From Chrysomallon squamiferum (taxonomy: Eukaryota; Animalia; Mollusca): DNA of 64,000 nt. The notes under the pieces are model-generated. The model saw only the letters and a list, made by a program, of their open reading frames with translations. It did no database searches and had not been told where the DNA came from. Positions 43,014-56,327 of the stretch are shown here, piece by piece. Position numbers and translations under genes: made by a program. The stretch spans positions 12,586,001 through 12,650,000 of the forward strand of contig CM022670.1 in the NCBI GenBank assembly GCA_012295275.1, read 5' to 3'. Numbering within the stretch: position 1 is the first letter of the stretch; each line of letters begins with the position of its first letter.

Positions 43014-44149
43014 GTCTGTCTGTCTGTCTGCCTCTCTCTTTTTCGTATTGTGATTTTCATTCACTTTAAAGTCTTTTTTTAAAATATTTATTTGTATATT
43101 TAACAATTTTCTTTCTTTAATTTTTTTAATCTGTATGTTCGGTTCTTTAACCATCATACTTATAACCTTGAAATAAAAACATCTTCAGAGGGAGAGAGAG
43201 TCATATAACAATTCACTCTAATGTATCCCGCCAGCTTACAAATTAGACCCAGCAGAAAAAGTGCAGAAACTTGAGAAAACTATCCATCTTCTTCTCCAAG
43301 CTTTATTGCCTCTGCCACATTTTTTAAGATGATATATTCCTTCTAGGCTCATTTCTGAAGGTTAGAAACAATTTCGTGTTTAATTTTTCTCACACCTGTT
43401 TTGCGGTGGAAATTGATAGTTATCGAGTTCAACAAGTTTCTTGAATCATTTAAAATTTGATTATGTGAAAGGTTTGTTTGTATGAAAATTAGTTCTGGGT
43501 TTAATATATTTTGTGCGGTTGTAAAAACTAATGAATGAATGATTAAGTGAGTACACACGAACAAACATGGATCCATCATTCCATCCATCTGTCCTCAATC
43601 CATGTACTCGTACATACTCAGAAAAAAAAAAAAAAAAAAAAAAAAAAGTGAACTATCATTATTAAATATTTATATAGGTCAACTCAGTAAGTGACGTCAA
43701 AACGTCTGTCAGACTGTCAAACTCTACACCGACGTCCTCTCGCTTCATTAAAGAAAGTCGCTCAGCGAGAAAGTTGTCTCATGTCCAATTCTGGCAGCCA
43801 GTGACATGTTCGATTTTTTAAATATAATATCACTTCCTTTCTTAACAGCCAACATGTCTAGTTTTAAGTAACAGCAAAATGGTAACTAAGTTGCCAGAGT
43901 AATTCAAAATTAAATATGTAAATATAAATATATATATATATGACCCTTCCGTACTATATATATATATATATATATTAACCTTTTTTCTCCTGGGATGGAC
44001 ACATCTTGATTCTTCTTCCTTAAGAGCTCTGTACACATCCCAATAAAATACTTCAGACACGAGATTAGCATGTAAGGCGACCCCGTTACCTTCTACTCTT
44101 AAAACACAAACTCAGACGGGTTTTTTTCATCGACGATGGTAATACGAAC

Positions 44150-44300
44150 CAACTACAGCATATCTGTTTCCTATACTCAGCAGCTGGCACGGCAAAGCAG
44201 CAGTCAGATCGTTATTTAGAAGCTGGCGGAGAACTTAACTACGATTTTTATAAATAGGCGACGCGTCGCGTATACTACCGAACGCGCGCGGAGAAACCAG
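44150..44300 (+). promoter_or_regulatory. Promoter of the membrane-protein gene: TATA box overlapping a MEF2 consensus
   Basis: TTATAAATAG at 44248-44257 fits both TATA and YTAWWWWTAR. E-box CAGCTG at ~44181, perfect CRE at 43692, dense CpGs starting immediately downstream. Confidence 0.55.
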
Positions 44301-45297
44301 TCAAAGGAAAACATAAGAGTTTACGTTGCGTTGTACAGTTTGCTTGAGGAAACTTTCAGCCGTATACAGGAGCGATGTTACATATCTGTCCAGTTAGACC
44401 ACGGTATCTTCACAATGAGTGCTTTAAAGAAACGGATCGTTGCTATGAACTAAACAGGGTCGTATGTCGATGCAACGTGGATTCGTTCGTCATACTTCGG
44501 CCACTTGCGACAGTGACTGTGAAAGAGCGGAGACACGGAAGGGTCATCTAAAAGATAATTTGCGGCACGTACGAAGTCACGACGGATTTATACGAGAGGA
44601 CACGAAGGACGTTATATAACAAACAACAACAAAAAAAATGCTCCCCATTTTCTCACTGTCTGTTGGAAAGCTTCGCGTGTTAGGCGCTTTTATTTGGAAG
44701 AGATTTGATCTTGGTTTATATCGGTTTTTGAAAGATGGACAGCTTAGCGAGATGTAAATCAGATTCGACGTAGATTTCTATCTAGGGAAACACTTAAGGG
44801 TTTCTGTTTTCGTGCTTCCATTAACCTCGTGTATCGCTGATTACTCGTCTGTACGTTTAGTCTCGACTGCTATGCCGGCGAGGTCGGGCGAAGTTTTGCG
44901 TTACGGAGATCCAGTGTCGTTCAGTGCTTTATGTCTGTCTACATTTTATTCTGGATTCTAAATAAATAATTGTTTGAAATATAACAGCAGCTCTGAATGT
45001 GATAAGGAATTAATATTCACTTTATTTAAAGTGTAAAAAAAAAAAAAAAAAAAAAGAAGATATTATTGATCTGAAAAAGTGTTACATAAACAGAATAAAG
45101 AATTTCTGTCTTCTGTGAATAAGTGTGACATAAATTGAATAAAAAATTTCTATAATCTGTGAATAAGGAATTGCCGAACAGAATTATAACCGTCGGAAGG
45201 AACTGCTGTTTATACCGAGAAAAGGAACAATTTATGTGAGATGAGAAGAGTACAGAACTGATGTGTGAAAGTGTGTGAACAACGAACCATTACATGG
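44280..45297 (+). other. Predicted long CpG-rich 5' exon, followed by intron 45298-45633
   Basis: CpG island at 44260-44930. Donor ATGG|GTAAGT at 45297/45298, branch point CTGAC at 45603-45607, acceptor gatttcag| at 45633. Confidence 0.55.
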
Positions 45298-45885
45298 GTA
45301 AGTAGCGTCGTTTAAACTCCACTGAGGAGTTGATAAACTGTGATAGTGAAACGTGTACATCGTTAATAAGCAATTCTTCAAAACTGAAAGTAAGGAAATA
45401 TGACAGTGGTTTTAACTGTGAATAAGAAATTCAGCCTACCGAACACCCGCGAGATCAAACTGATGACAAGACTGGTCAACCTCGTCAACCAGTTACCCGA
45501 TGACTTTATGATCCGCGTTTTAAGACAACTTACGTGGGAATTCGTTAATATCTATTTTCATCAAAAAAGGCAGACATTATTTTCTCTTTAAAAAAAATGT
45601 GACTGACTTTTCAAGTGTTTATACCGATTTCAGACAACCATAGATATGAAGTGAATCAAAATATATTTATATTTTTTCAAAATAATAATTTTAAAAATCG
45701 TTTTCTTTTGGAGAAAGAGAAAGAAAGAGAGAAGAAAAAGAAAGAAAAAAAGAGTTAAATGTGCATAACAATACATTCGTGTACCTTTTGTTGGCGTCCC
45801 CCCAAAAAAAATATGTGTGAAATAAATTTTAAAATGTGTTGTGATACATTCAAGTACATGCTGGATTACAGAAGTCATCTGTGAA

Positions 45886-46359
45886 ATGTTTACACATTTT
45901 CCGCTGTCTAAGAACAATGTCACATCCGCTGGCGAGGAAAACGGCACCACCGCTTCGGGTCTGGCACCCGTCGTTAACGAAACAAAACCAGGGGAGTGGC
46001 ACGTGAGGGATACGGTGTTCACGGACTATTCCCCTCCCAGGGAGTTCCCGCTGCCCCTGATTATCGCCAGCTCGGTGGCTGCTGTGAGTATTTTGATATT
46101 TTTCTGTGTGGCGTACTACTGGCATTCCTACCAGCTGGACAAACGGGCCAGGGAGTTGGCGATTCAGCGCGCTGCCGAGGACGCCGAGGCGCAGATAGTG
46201 CCCCGACGTCGCCCACGTCACAACAGGAAGAAACATATTCCAAGGACTCTGGATTTACCGACGCCTACGGTGGTGAATGGGCCAAAGAAAAGTTCCGTCG
46301 TTTCCGATCAGGAAGTGTTGTCTCATTTCGCCAGTAGAAGACAGTCCATTTTCTTCTGA
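45886..46359 (+). CDS. Orphan 157-aa single-pass membrane glycoprotein, type III topology (no signal peptide)
   Basis: The only GC-rich, GC3-biased, non-repetitive long ORF in the window. First ATG is at 45886 (the track starts at an upstream GTG). Three N-glycosylation sequons (NVT, NGT, NET), a hydrophobic segment LPLIIASSVAAVSILIFFCVAYYW (residues ~56-79), a basic cytoplasmic cluster PRRRPRHNRKKH, and C-terminus RRQSIFF. Confidence 0.85.
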   Translation: MFTHFPLSKNNVTSAGEENGTTASGLAPVVNETKPGEWHVRDTVFTDYSPPREFPLPLIIASSVAAVSILIFFCVAYYWHSYQLDKRARELAIQRAAEDAEAQIVPRRRPRHNRKKHIPRTLDLPTPTVVNGPKKSSVVSDQEVLSHFASRRQSIFF

Positions 46360-46920
46360 TACAGTCCATACATTTGTTCATACATTTCTGTTACAGTGTT
46401 GCAGGATTTAGTTCGTATGTTTCTGACGCAGAAGTATTTTGTTATTGTTCATACGCTTCTCATTCTGTCCACATTGTTCATGAATATGTTTGTATCGTTC
46501 TGATTCGTTGCATTAATTTTTTAATTTTTTGTTTTGACATAAATTGTTCATGCTGTCTGATAGTTTTACTGTTCTAGAAACTGTTTCTAAAATTCTGAAT
46601 CAATTAATCTCATTAAATCACATATCACAGTGTTCATGAAATTGATCGTACACCTCTGAAAGCAGTGTATAATATAATTCTTGATATTGTTCATACAGCT
46701 ATAACATGTTCATCATACAAATCGCGAAACTGTCAGTACGGTTCTGATCAGTCCATATTGTTCATACCGCTCTGACACCAAGTTATTATAGTATTGTTCA
46801 TGAAATTGTTCATACACCTCTGTTATGTCAATATTGCTCATGATATTGTTCGTATCCGTCTGCTAGGTCCATCCCAATATTGATGCGCCTCTGCTTAAGT
46901 CCATATTGTTCACAAAAATG
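46340..46920 (+). repeat. Degenerate repeat with core ATTGTTCAT in the predicted 3' UTR, more than 10 copies
   Basis: Recurring (A)TTGTTCAT(A/G), often as CAGTCCATATTGTTCATACN..CTCTG. Confidence 0.75.
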
Positions 46921-47341
46921 ATCACTGATGTTAATGTGTCTGTTTCAGGCGAGAGTAATTTTCGAGGAAAATCAGTGTTACTAACTGTGATTCATTTCAT
47001 GAAAGTTACTGTTATTTCATGAATATCATCATATCAAAGACTGGCAAGTATCCTGTACTAAGTTATTTATTTCAGTTTTACTTTTTATATGTTGAAAAAT
47101 AATTAATTTTTCTTTATGTTTTATAATTTTACTATGTTAAAACACTAATTTGTTAACAAGATGGATACGATTGTATTTAATTACTTTTTTTTCTAAAGAT
47201 TTGTAATTGTATAGTTGAATTTTTAAAATAATATTTTATCTTTAAAATTCTTAGCGTAAATATATATTTATTTCTCATTAGTTTGTTTTTCTACTTTTTG
47301 TCATTTTTGTTCGTTATTTATTTATTTTTTGAATCTTTTAA

Positions 47342-47435
<94 letters not shown>

Positions 47436-47653
47436 TTCTGTTTGCTTATCTATTTCATTGTCCTGTTTCCATGCTTTAAATAAAATTCCAAAATTTTTAA
47501 TGTTTTACGGTATGATTCTTTTCAAAATATGATAATTATTATTTATATATCATAGTGTGCATTTTGTGTAAATAGACACGAGAGTTTCTTTGAAGAATCC
47601 AACTAATATATCTTATCATCTATTTATTTTATATATATAATTTAAAAATTAAA

Positions 47654-47692
<39 letters not shown>

Positions 47693-48084
47693 TTTTTTTT
47701 TATTTTTTTTTTTTTTTTTTTATTATTGTGACTGTGGACTGGTTAATTTTTAGAATTTGTTTTATCTATCTACGGCTATGTTTCTTACACAGTTTATCTT
47801 ATGAGAAAATAATTACGCTAAGGATATGAAAGGAGGAACAATAACGTAACGTATATTTGTATATGTGGTGTGTGCGTGTGGTGAATATATTTACATATTT
47901 TAAAATTAAATTAAAGGAAAACGCACTGGGTCTTGAATATATTTATGGGTTTGGTTTGTAAAATATACGAGAAAATAATTGCACGAAGAATAAGAAGTGA
48001 AAAAATCGAATTAGAGTAAATATGTTGTGTGTCTGAGTATATATCTATGTGTCAATATAATATTGTATGTATGTATATGTGTGT

Positions 48085-48132
<48 letters not shown>

Positions 48133-48140
48133 ATATATAT

Positions 48141-48259
<119 letters not shown>

Positions 48260-49499
48260 AAGCTTTTATGAGAACACATTTACGTGTCCTGCAAAATAAA
48301 CTAACGCATTCCACATTTGCAATCTAAACGGTTAAGTTATTCATTATCCAATACCAAACTAAGATGTGTATTTGAACCATGCCATTTGTTCAGTTTTGTT
48401 TACCCAAACACTAATCTACTGCACTCTTTACTTTGTTTTTCTCTCTACTGAAAAAAGAACAATAATTCTGGGCAATCTCTTGGAAGGCGAATAGACTCGA
48501 TACTCCTGCAGGCCACAAAAAACACATGTCTAAGACATTTGGCGATGTCGCGACCCTGTACTAAAGATATTAACATCATCTGGCATGCACAGTTTGAGAA
48601 TTTATTATCCTTTTATAAATTCTCTGTCTTCAGATTGCCATTTGTTTTCTTATCACTAATTTCCTTTGACTGTGACCGGAACAAACATTTGCTATTTGCA
48701 AACAGAGAGAAAAAAAAGAAGAAAAAAAAACACAGCGAGAGAAATAACCTTTTATCGTGTTTCCAGAAAACAAAAAGGCAGACTGTGCTTGTAATCGTTT
48801 CTGCACTGGGTGCAGCTGTAGAGCTATGTGGCCAGATATGGACTAGTGGTAGAATCCTGTTTTAAAATGTTAGAAAGAGTCAGAATCAAACCCTGTAAGT
48901 GGACAGACGTTTAGTGAACCATTAGTTATTTGTCCCAGCTGAGACCTTTACCTGGCTAATAAAAATCTCTGCTGTATCACGGTCGGTTTTAAGGAAAATT
49001 AATAATAATAGCACCGTCTTTTTAGGAAATAGGCTATAAAGCGTGTATCAATAGCGGGTTTGCTTTGAAAATGAAAATGCAGAAATTACCAAACTTCTCA
49101 TGCGCAGCAGTTAATGACATAAAATTAATTAAAGATAATTAACTTCATTAAATCTCTGTACTTTTTGTACTCTGTTGAATTCAAGCGTTTCTTTGTTAAC
49201 GTGCAATCGTAAAATGTGCTGAGACTTACATTCATGTTTTTCTGGCTTAACGGACAAATGCGTGCATGAAGGCATGAACATGCGTGTTATAGCATCCACC
49301 TGTCAGACATATAAATATATATATACAGACACATAAATACATTCTCACGTCCAGGAGATACTTCAAACTTTGTAAAAAAAAAAGAAATAATAACAATAAT
49401 AATAACTTTTTTCAGACTGAATCACTTTTTTGATTGAAGTATTTTGTACAGTTATTACCTGTTCTCTACACTTTATCACTCAAGTCTGTTTCTTAGTAA

Positions 49500-49800
49500 T
49501 GTACTCGTTACATCTCACTCAGTTACTCAGTAATTCACTCATTTTAACGCTCTCGTTTAGTCAATCCTAATTTTGTAACTCAGTAATTCATCTATTCACG
49601 GTCAATCTTCACCTTGCTCACTTATCCACCCACTCACTCCCACTAACTACTCACTCGCCCATTCACTAGCTCACCTATTAGCTCACTTCCACGCACTATT
49701 CGCTCACTTCTTCACTCACTCCCACTCACCACTTACTCTCTCGTAAGTACTCATTTCCAGGTACCGCTCACTCATATTTTAACACATACTCAAACGCTCA
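49500..49800. repeat. Degenerate (ACTC)n/(CACT)n low-complexity tract
   Basis: Direct reading. Confidence 0.75.
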
Positions 49801-50466
49801 CTGTTCTATTTTCAATAGGAAAAAGCCCATCCTACAAAAACGTGAAGAAAAATAACTACTTATATCTATCTCGTAACAAATTTCCCATCCTATAGCGTAA
49901 TTATCTGTATTGTGGAATCCGTGTATTAACCAAAATATCTTTCTCTCCCTGGGGTGTACAACTATAAAGACATTGTAGTATAAACAATCGCATTTCCCTG
50001 ATTCTTCATTCCCCGAACAAACATGTAGAGTATTACCGTCAGAATGTACCGCTATACGAGAGTCAATGGCCATGGCATTTACAGACTTCTACTGCTCTTT
50101 CGTCAGAATGTGAGATTCCTCCAGCTATTTTGTAGACTAACGAACTTGTTCTCTTGTTTTGTTGATTATCTAGAACAGATTCGCTTCTACGTTACCGAAC
50201 AGATGAAAACGTTATAGAGATTTGTATTAAAATGATTTTGTACTTTTGATTGTTATATACCGTGTTATATTTTGTGTCTGATTTTATTTCCTGTTTTTTT
50301 TTTAATTATTTGCGTGTGTGTTGTGAGAGTGTGTGCGTGTGTGCATGTTTGACGTTCCGTCTGTTGGTTTGTTTGTTATTTATTTCGTATGAATTTTTTT
50401 TTTTTTTTTTTTTTATGTGATCTATTTCTTCTTTTTTATTTATTTTTTATTTTGATGTGATCTATT

Positions 50467-50500
<34 letters not shown>

Positions 50501-52069
50501 TTCTCTCTTTCGTCTTTAATTTAACCCTTTCTTGTTTATTTCTTTTATATGTGTGTATATATATTTTTGTGTATATATATATTAATATTTTGATCTTGTT
50601 TAACTGTTTCTAGTTTTTATAATGATTATTCAATTTGTTGCTGTTTTTCATTTTTGTATTTTATCGTTCGCTCACATTAATTTAATTTTCCTTACCATTA
50701 TTTCTTTTTATTTTATTTTGTCTAATTTAATGCTATTTGCTTTAGTGTATTTTTCCTCATAACTCATATAAAGTTATTTTCTTTCTTTGTATTTTTCCCA
50801 CTCAAATTTATTTCATTTTATAAAAAAAAAATACAAATAATAAAAAAAAAAAAAAAAATAAAATAAAAATTTCTTTTAAAAATTATAAAATTTAAGATAC
50901 CAGCTCTGTTTAATTTTCCATTCTTTCATTATAAAGAACGCTAACTATAGCTGCTATCTGAAATATTAGTAATATTATTAAAAGTATAATGGAAATATTT
51001 AAAATTTTATATATTAATCAATATACTTAAGTATTTATATATGCCAACAACGTACGTTGTTCATATATGTCTGTGTGCATTTATTTCTGTGCGTGCATGC
51101 GTATGTACCTATACATGCATGTGTCTGATGTATGTACAAGAAAAGAATGTAAATAGTGCAAAGCCTAACATTAAACACTGAACTAAATATACCTAGAGTT
51201 AAGTCTACAAGTGAAGCTTTTCTGAGGTGGTATAACAGATTATCGACCTGGATATATAATTCTGTTTGCGTGCATATGCCACCACTCATGTATGTATTGA
51301 ATATTATTATACAAATCCCATTCACTTTCTTTTCAGTATCATCTAGGTCCTATATCATTTTCTCGTCTCCTTTTTAACCCTTTTATCCGAAATACATTAC
51401 CAAATTCGTTTCTATAACAAATGGAGAAAATAATTTAACTTTCGTTAATGGCCACAGTATACAAGTTTATTACCCTACAAAATCTAAAGTCCTTGAAATA
51501 AGCGAGTTTACTGAATTCAGTTATTTCTAACGCTTTCAATAGAGCAAACTGTTAACACGCTTTTGCACAATGCAGGTTTTGTTATTCATTCCAGACGTAT
51601 TATATTACTATTTCAATCGAGAGATGTTGGCTGTTGTTGTAATGAATGTAAAATTTATGTAGAATACGGCTCATGGAATATCAAATGACATTAAAATTCC
51701 CGAAGTAATTTTTTCATTTGCTTAGCACCGTCTACGTCAGGGTGTATTCGCTTCTGAAAGGAAATACAAATGATAATGCAAATTCCTACTTTATATGTAA
51801 ATGACGCTGTCGTACATAGTTTAATAAATTATTTCATAGTGGGTTTTTCTACTTGATACAAAATTGCCGATACGTTAGAAAAACAGGAATTACATTAAAA
51901 GGGTTTCTTTTTCACCTTTTTATTTTTCTCTTTCTTTCACTTTCTTTCTTATCATTTGTTCAATAGCTTCTTTTTTGTTTGTTGTTGTTGTTGTTGTTTT
52001 GTTTATTTATCCTTGTACACTCACTCACACACTCTCTCTATCTCTCACACACACACACACATACACACA

Positions 52070-52103
<34 letters not shown>

Positions 52104-52745
52104 ATTCGCCTTTATTTCTCATATTCTCTTTGTTCATGTTCGGAGCATGTTTATTACATGTACAATTTGCCCACGATTACTGTCAATATATAAATACTTA
52201 CTAAAATACCGTAATGTTACTGCTATACGGTGGCCTTTGATGTCATTTAATTCTATTTTTATTTTATTATTAATTCGTTGCCATTCTTTGTTTCTAAGAA
52301 AAAGCAGGCTAAGTATAAAATTATGGTCAGTTAATATAATTATACACACACATACACTCACACACACACAAGCATGCACGCACGCACACACACAGACACG
52401 TATTCACGTATTTGTGATGATTTAAGATATGTGATTACATACAGTCAGACTTTAATATATTCATTCACACTGAAACCTATGAACCTGCGGGTTGTATCCT
52501 CTGGTATAAGCAATTAATTACCTATGCTGTCAGAACAGATTGTGATAATTATATCCGGTCACATGCTGTGACGTCGTTTTCTTATTTACTTTGACGCAAT
52601 ATTTAAGCTTCTATGACAAAACGTAAAGTCAGCTCATTCTGGCTGGCAACAGACTGAGATTCTACACGTTCCTTTGTCTGTTTTCAGTCGATCTTGTGTT
52701 TCTGTGCGTAATTCAAAAGCACTGGCATTCTATATATGTATTTCT

Positions 52746-52860
<115 letters not shown>

Positions 52861-52974
52861 GTCTATCTATCTATTTATCTATGTGTGTGTGCGTATGCGG
52901 ATATATGCATCCGTTAAAGTATGTACATGTGTTTGAGAAAGAATAAGCATATATGTCTGTACTTCATAATCAAT

Positions 52975-53043
<69 letters not shown>

Positions 53044-54703
53044 ACATGCATTACATAATATTCTGTATTCTTTGTGTTCCTTTTCTAATTTTACTCTACT
53101 TTAGAACATAATCATAGTCAAATGAAAAGAAAGAACAGACTGATTTTTTCAGACAATATTTTATCGATCTTTACAATTCTTTATTAAATTAGAAGGTAAT
53201 CACAAGTGCATACCGTACCGTGACCTAATCTCAATTAATCATCCATTATGACGTCACCAGCAGCCAAGGAGTCTAATCTGAGCGAAGACCTCGTACTTTT
53301 GGAATATTCAGGGCATACTCTACATTAGCTACTACTAATCAGTATTAGAATTTCTCTTAGCAATCATATTTCTTTTAGTCATTTCATTTATTTTCTTCTT
53401 CTTCTTTTATTTATTATCTCAATGCACTGAATGACGTAATCACGAGGTTCTACTTCTAAAAATAACTACGATTAATGGTCGCAAAGACTGTTGACATTCT
53501 GGAAAACGTTTTCTTCTCTCGGCAAAGTAAAATACTACAATTACTGTTTTTTAGCTTTTACAATAATAAAAGAGAGTGGATATTTCCAGCTGGTCACAGG
53601 AAATGTGTAAATGGATATCATAAATTACATAATTTGACAGACCTGAAGACGTACGGACTCATTTAGAATTTTCTCTCAATTTTTCAAGCATCAGCGATTC
53701 TCGTTTTGAAATTTCTTTGATTCTTCTGATTTAATTCGAAAGGAAGATATTTCCAAACAACGAACTGTACACTGGATTGCTGTTCATATGTAAGAAACTG
53801 ATAGCAAATCTAAACGCACAAGAAATCCTTCAGACAAATAAATCTAAACTAAATGACCATCTAAAATAGAATATAACATTTTAATAAATTGACTTTCATA
53901 AAAACTTGACATGTTCGAGCAATTTATTTTTATCTGTGTAGAAAAGATTACCGTATAACTCTCACCCACCTACTGAAGAGAAGAAGAAGAAGAAAAACAA
54001 AGAAGATATTTAATCACAATGGATTTCCTTCATACAATTTCTTAAAGACACAAAATTAATTTTTTAGATATGTCAAACCAGCCATCTCCACCTGCTGACA
54101 ATTTCAGAGCAGAATCTAAATGAGAGAAAAAAAGAAAAAAAAAAAAAAAATGATGCTAAAAATGAGAGAGAATGTTTACAACTGATAGTAGTGAGAAACA
54201 GAAATCAGAGGAATTGTCTTTCGCAAATCTGTTAATATATATTATATACATCTGTCATAAGAAAAAAACAACGAGATAATTGAACTTATTAATGAAATTT
54301 GGTGATATTTCAAGAGATTATAACAAATGTCTTGCATTAATAAATAAATAAATAAATAAATAAGAAGAAAAGTTTACAAAGCAGCTGCAGTCGATGTTAT
54401 TTTAGGAATCTGTTGCTTTAGCAATTTTCTACATCCATTCTTGTGACGTGAAAACGTTCAGTGAACATAAAGTAACAAGTGGGGGAAAAATGCACAGGAA
54501 AAAACTTTTTTTTGGTTTTATTTATTTATTTTGTTGTTGTTGTTGTTGTTGTTTTCTATTTTCATTATTTCTCTTTCATTTTTGTTTTATTATTATTATT
54601 TTTTTAATTTATATTTTTATTTCTTAATTCCGTTTTTTTTCTAGCTGTTGTGAATAAAAATCAAAATACATATTTATGCATTTGCGTGTATAATTATGTG
54701 TGA

Positions 54704-54878
<175 letters not shown>

Positions 54879-55599
54879 GGAGATAGAGTCTTCCTTTAAT
54901 ACTTCATTATTAAATACTATATACACAATCATATATTGATTTTCTATTTGATATTTCTGACACAGTATGGGGTTTTTTATTAGGCTTTTCAGCTTATGAA
55001 AAATATCGAACACTAAATTACATCGGCCGCTACATATAATTATTTCTAAAGTAATAAAACCGATGCCATCATTCTCTGGACACGCAGATGGATAAATAGA
55101 TCGACAAACAGATAGACAGACAGATAGATAGACAGACAGACAGACTGGCAGTCAGACAGCAGACATACAGATATATAGACAGATAAAATAACATTTCCAT
55201 ACTGATGTATTCCCGGCGCAGTAATCTGACAATAAACTTGACAAAACTAGAGTAAATATACCATGTGACCTGTTATTTACAGCCAAATAATCTGACGAGG
55301 TTATAAACATCAGAAATTAAACTTTAAAAATGTCACATTACGAAGAGACAATTATACTAATTATTTTAAAATAATTTCGTGTAAATGAGTAATAAATTAA
55401 AAAATTTCATAAAAAAAACAAAACAAAAAAGATCTGAAAAAAAAAAAAAAACCGGAGCTTTGAACGGAATGAGATATTATTGTTAATTTTATTACACATT
55501 TTTGTATCTAAGTTATTTGATATCCGGAAATTGTTTGTCATTCTGACTACAGACATCGTCCGCCGCTAGCTAATGTCTCAGTATACACACAAAATTTCC

Positions 55600-55760
55600 C
55601 TCGAAGCTTTTGTCGCTATGGCAACAAACGTTTTCTGAACACGTCATCACTTAGCAGCAACACCTGACGTCAGGAAGATCTTGTTCCAGAGCAACGGACC
55701 CCTACCGGAAGTCAGTGTCGCTTAGCAACAACGTACAGTCAAACGCGTCGTAAGCGACTG
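55600..55760. promoter_or_regulatory. RFX/CREB/ETS promoter module (TATA-less, CpG-rich)
   Basis: X-boxes GTCGCTATGGCAAC (55612-55625) and GTCGCTTAGCAAC (55717-55729), degenerate GTTCCAGAGCAAC (55683-55695), CRE TGACGTCA (55665-55672), ETS CCGGAAGT (55705-55712). Confidence 0.65.
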
Positions 55761-56282
55761 CTTGACATTCACGGATCTTCGTCGTTGTAACACTCTCGGT
55801 ACTGTGTGGCGGCATTCGAGTAATTTTCCGTCTGCAGAAAGCACACAGCAGATTAATATTCATTGAACACGTTTGTGAAATCTAAAAACATTTCAAGAGA
55901 TTTGGTCCAATGAATGAAAATGTCAGCCAGAGTAACAAGCAAGTCAGTTTAAGAACATCTGTACTCGACAAATATTGATCTGTTTGATATCTTTTTTAAT
56001 CTTATTCTGACAGAATTTAAAGAGGTAAAAAAACCTAAAAAAAAAAAACCACAGAAAAAAAACATCATTTCGACAAAACAAGAATATTTTCTACTAATAT
56101 GTCATTATTCCTGTTCCAGACAGTGCCCTACGATTCCATATAAAAACTTGGTGGCTTCACTGTTTGCTTTTAGATTACTGAATTAACTCTCATCCTACAA
56201 AAAAAAAAAAAAAAAAAGTAATAATAAAATAAAATTAAAATAATAATAATAAATAAATAAATAAATAAATAATAACAAAAAC

Positions 56283-56327
<45 letters not shown>

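Noticed and set aside
45630-46337. Overlapping ORFs (45996-46337 +, 45850-46236 -, 45630-46022 -, 46061-46243 -) as dual-coding genes
   Set aside because: Shadow ORFs expected from the high GC and codon bias of the real CDS; no independent signals.
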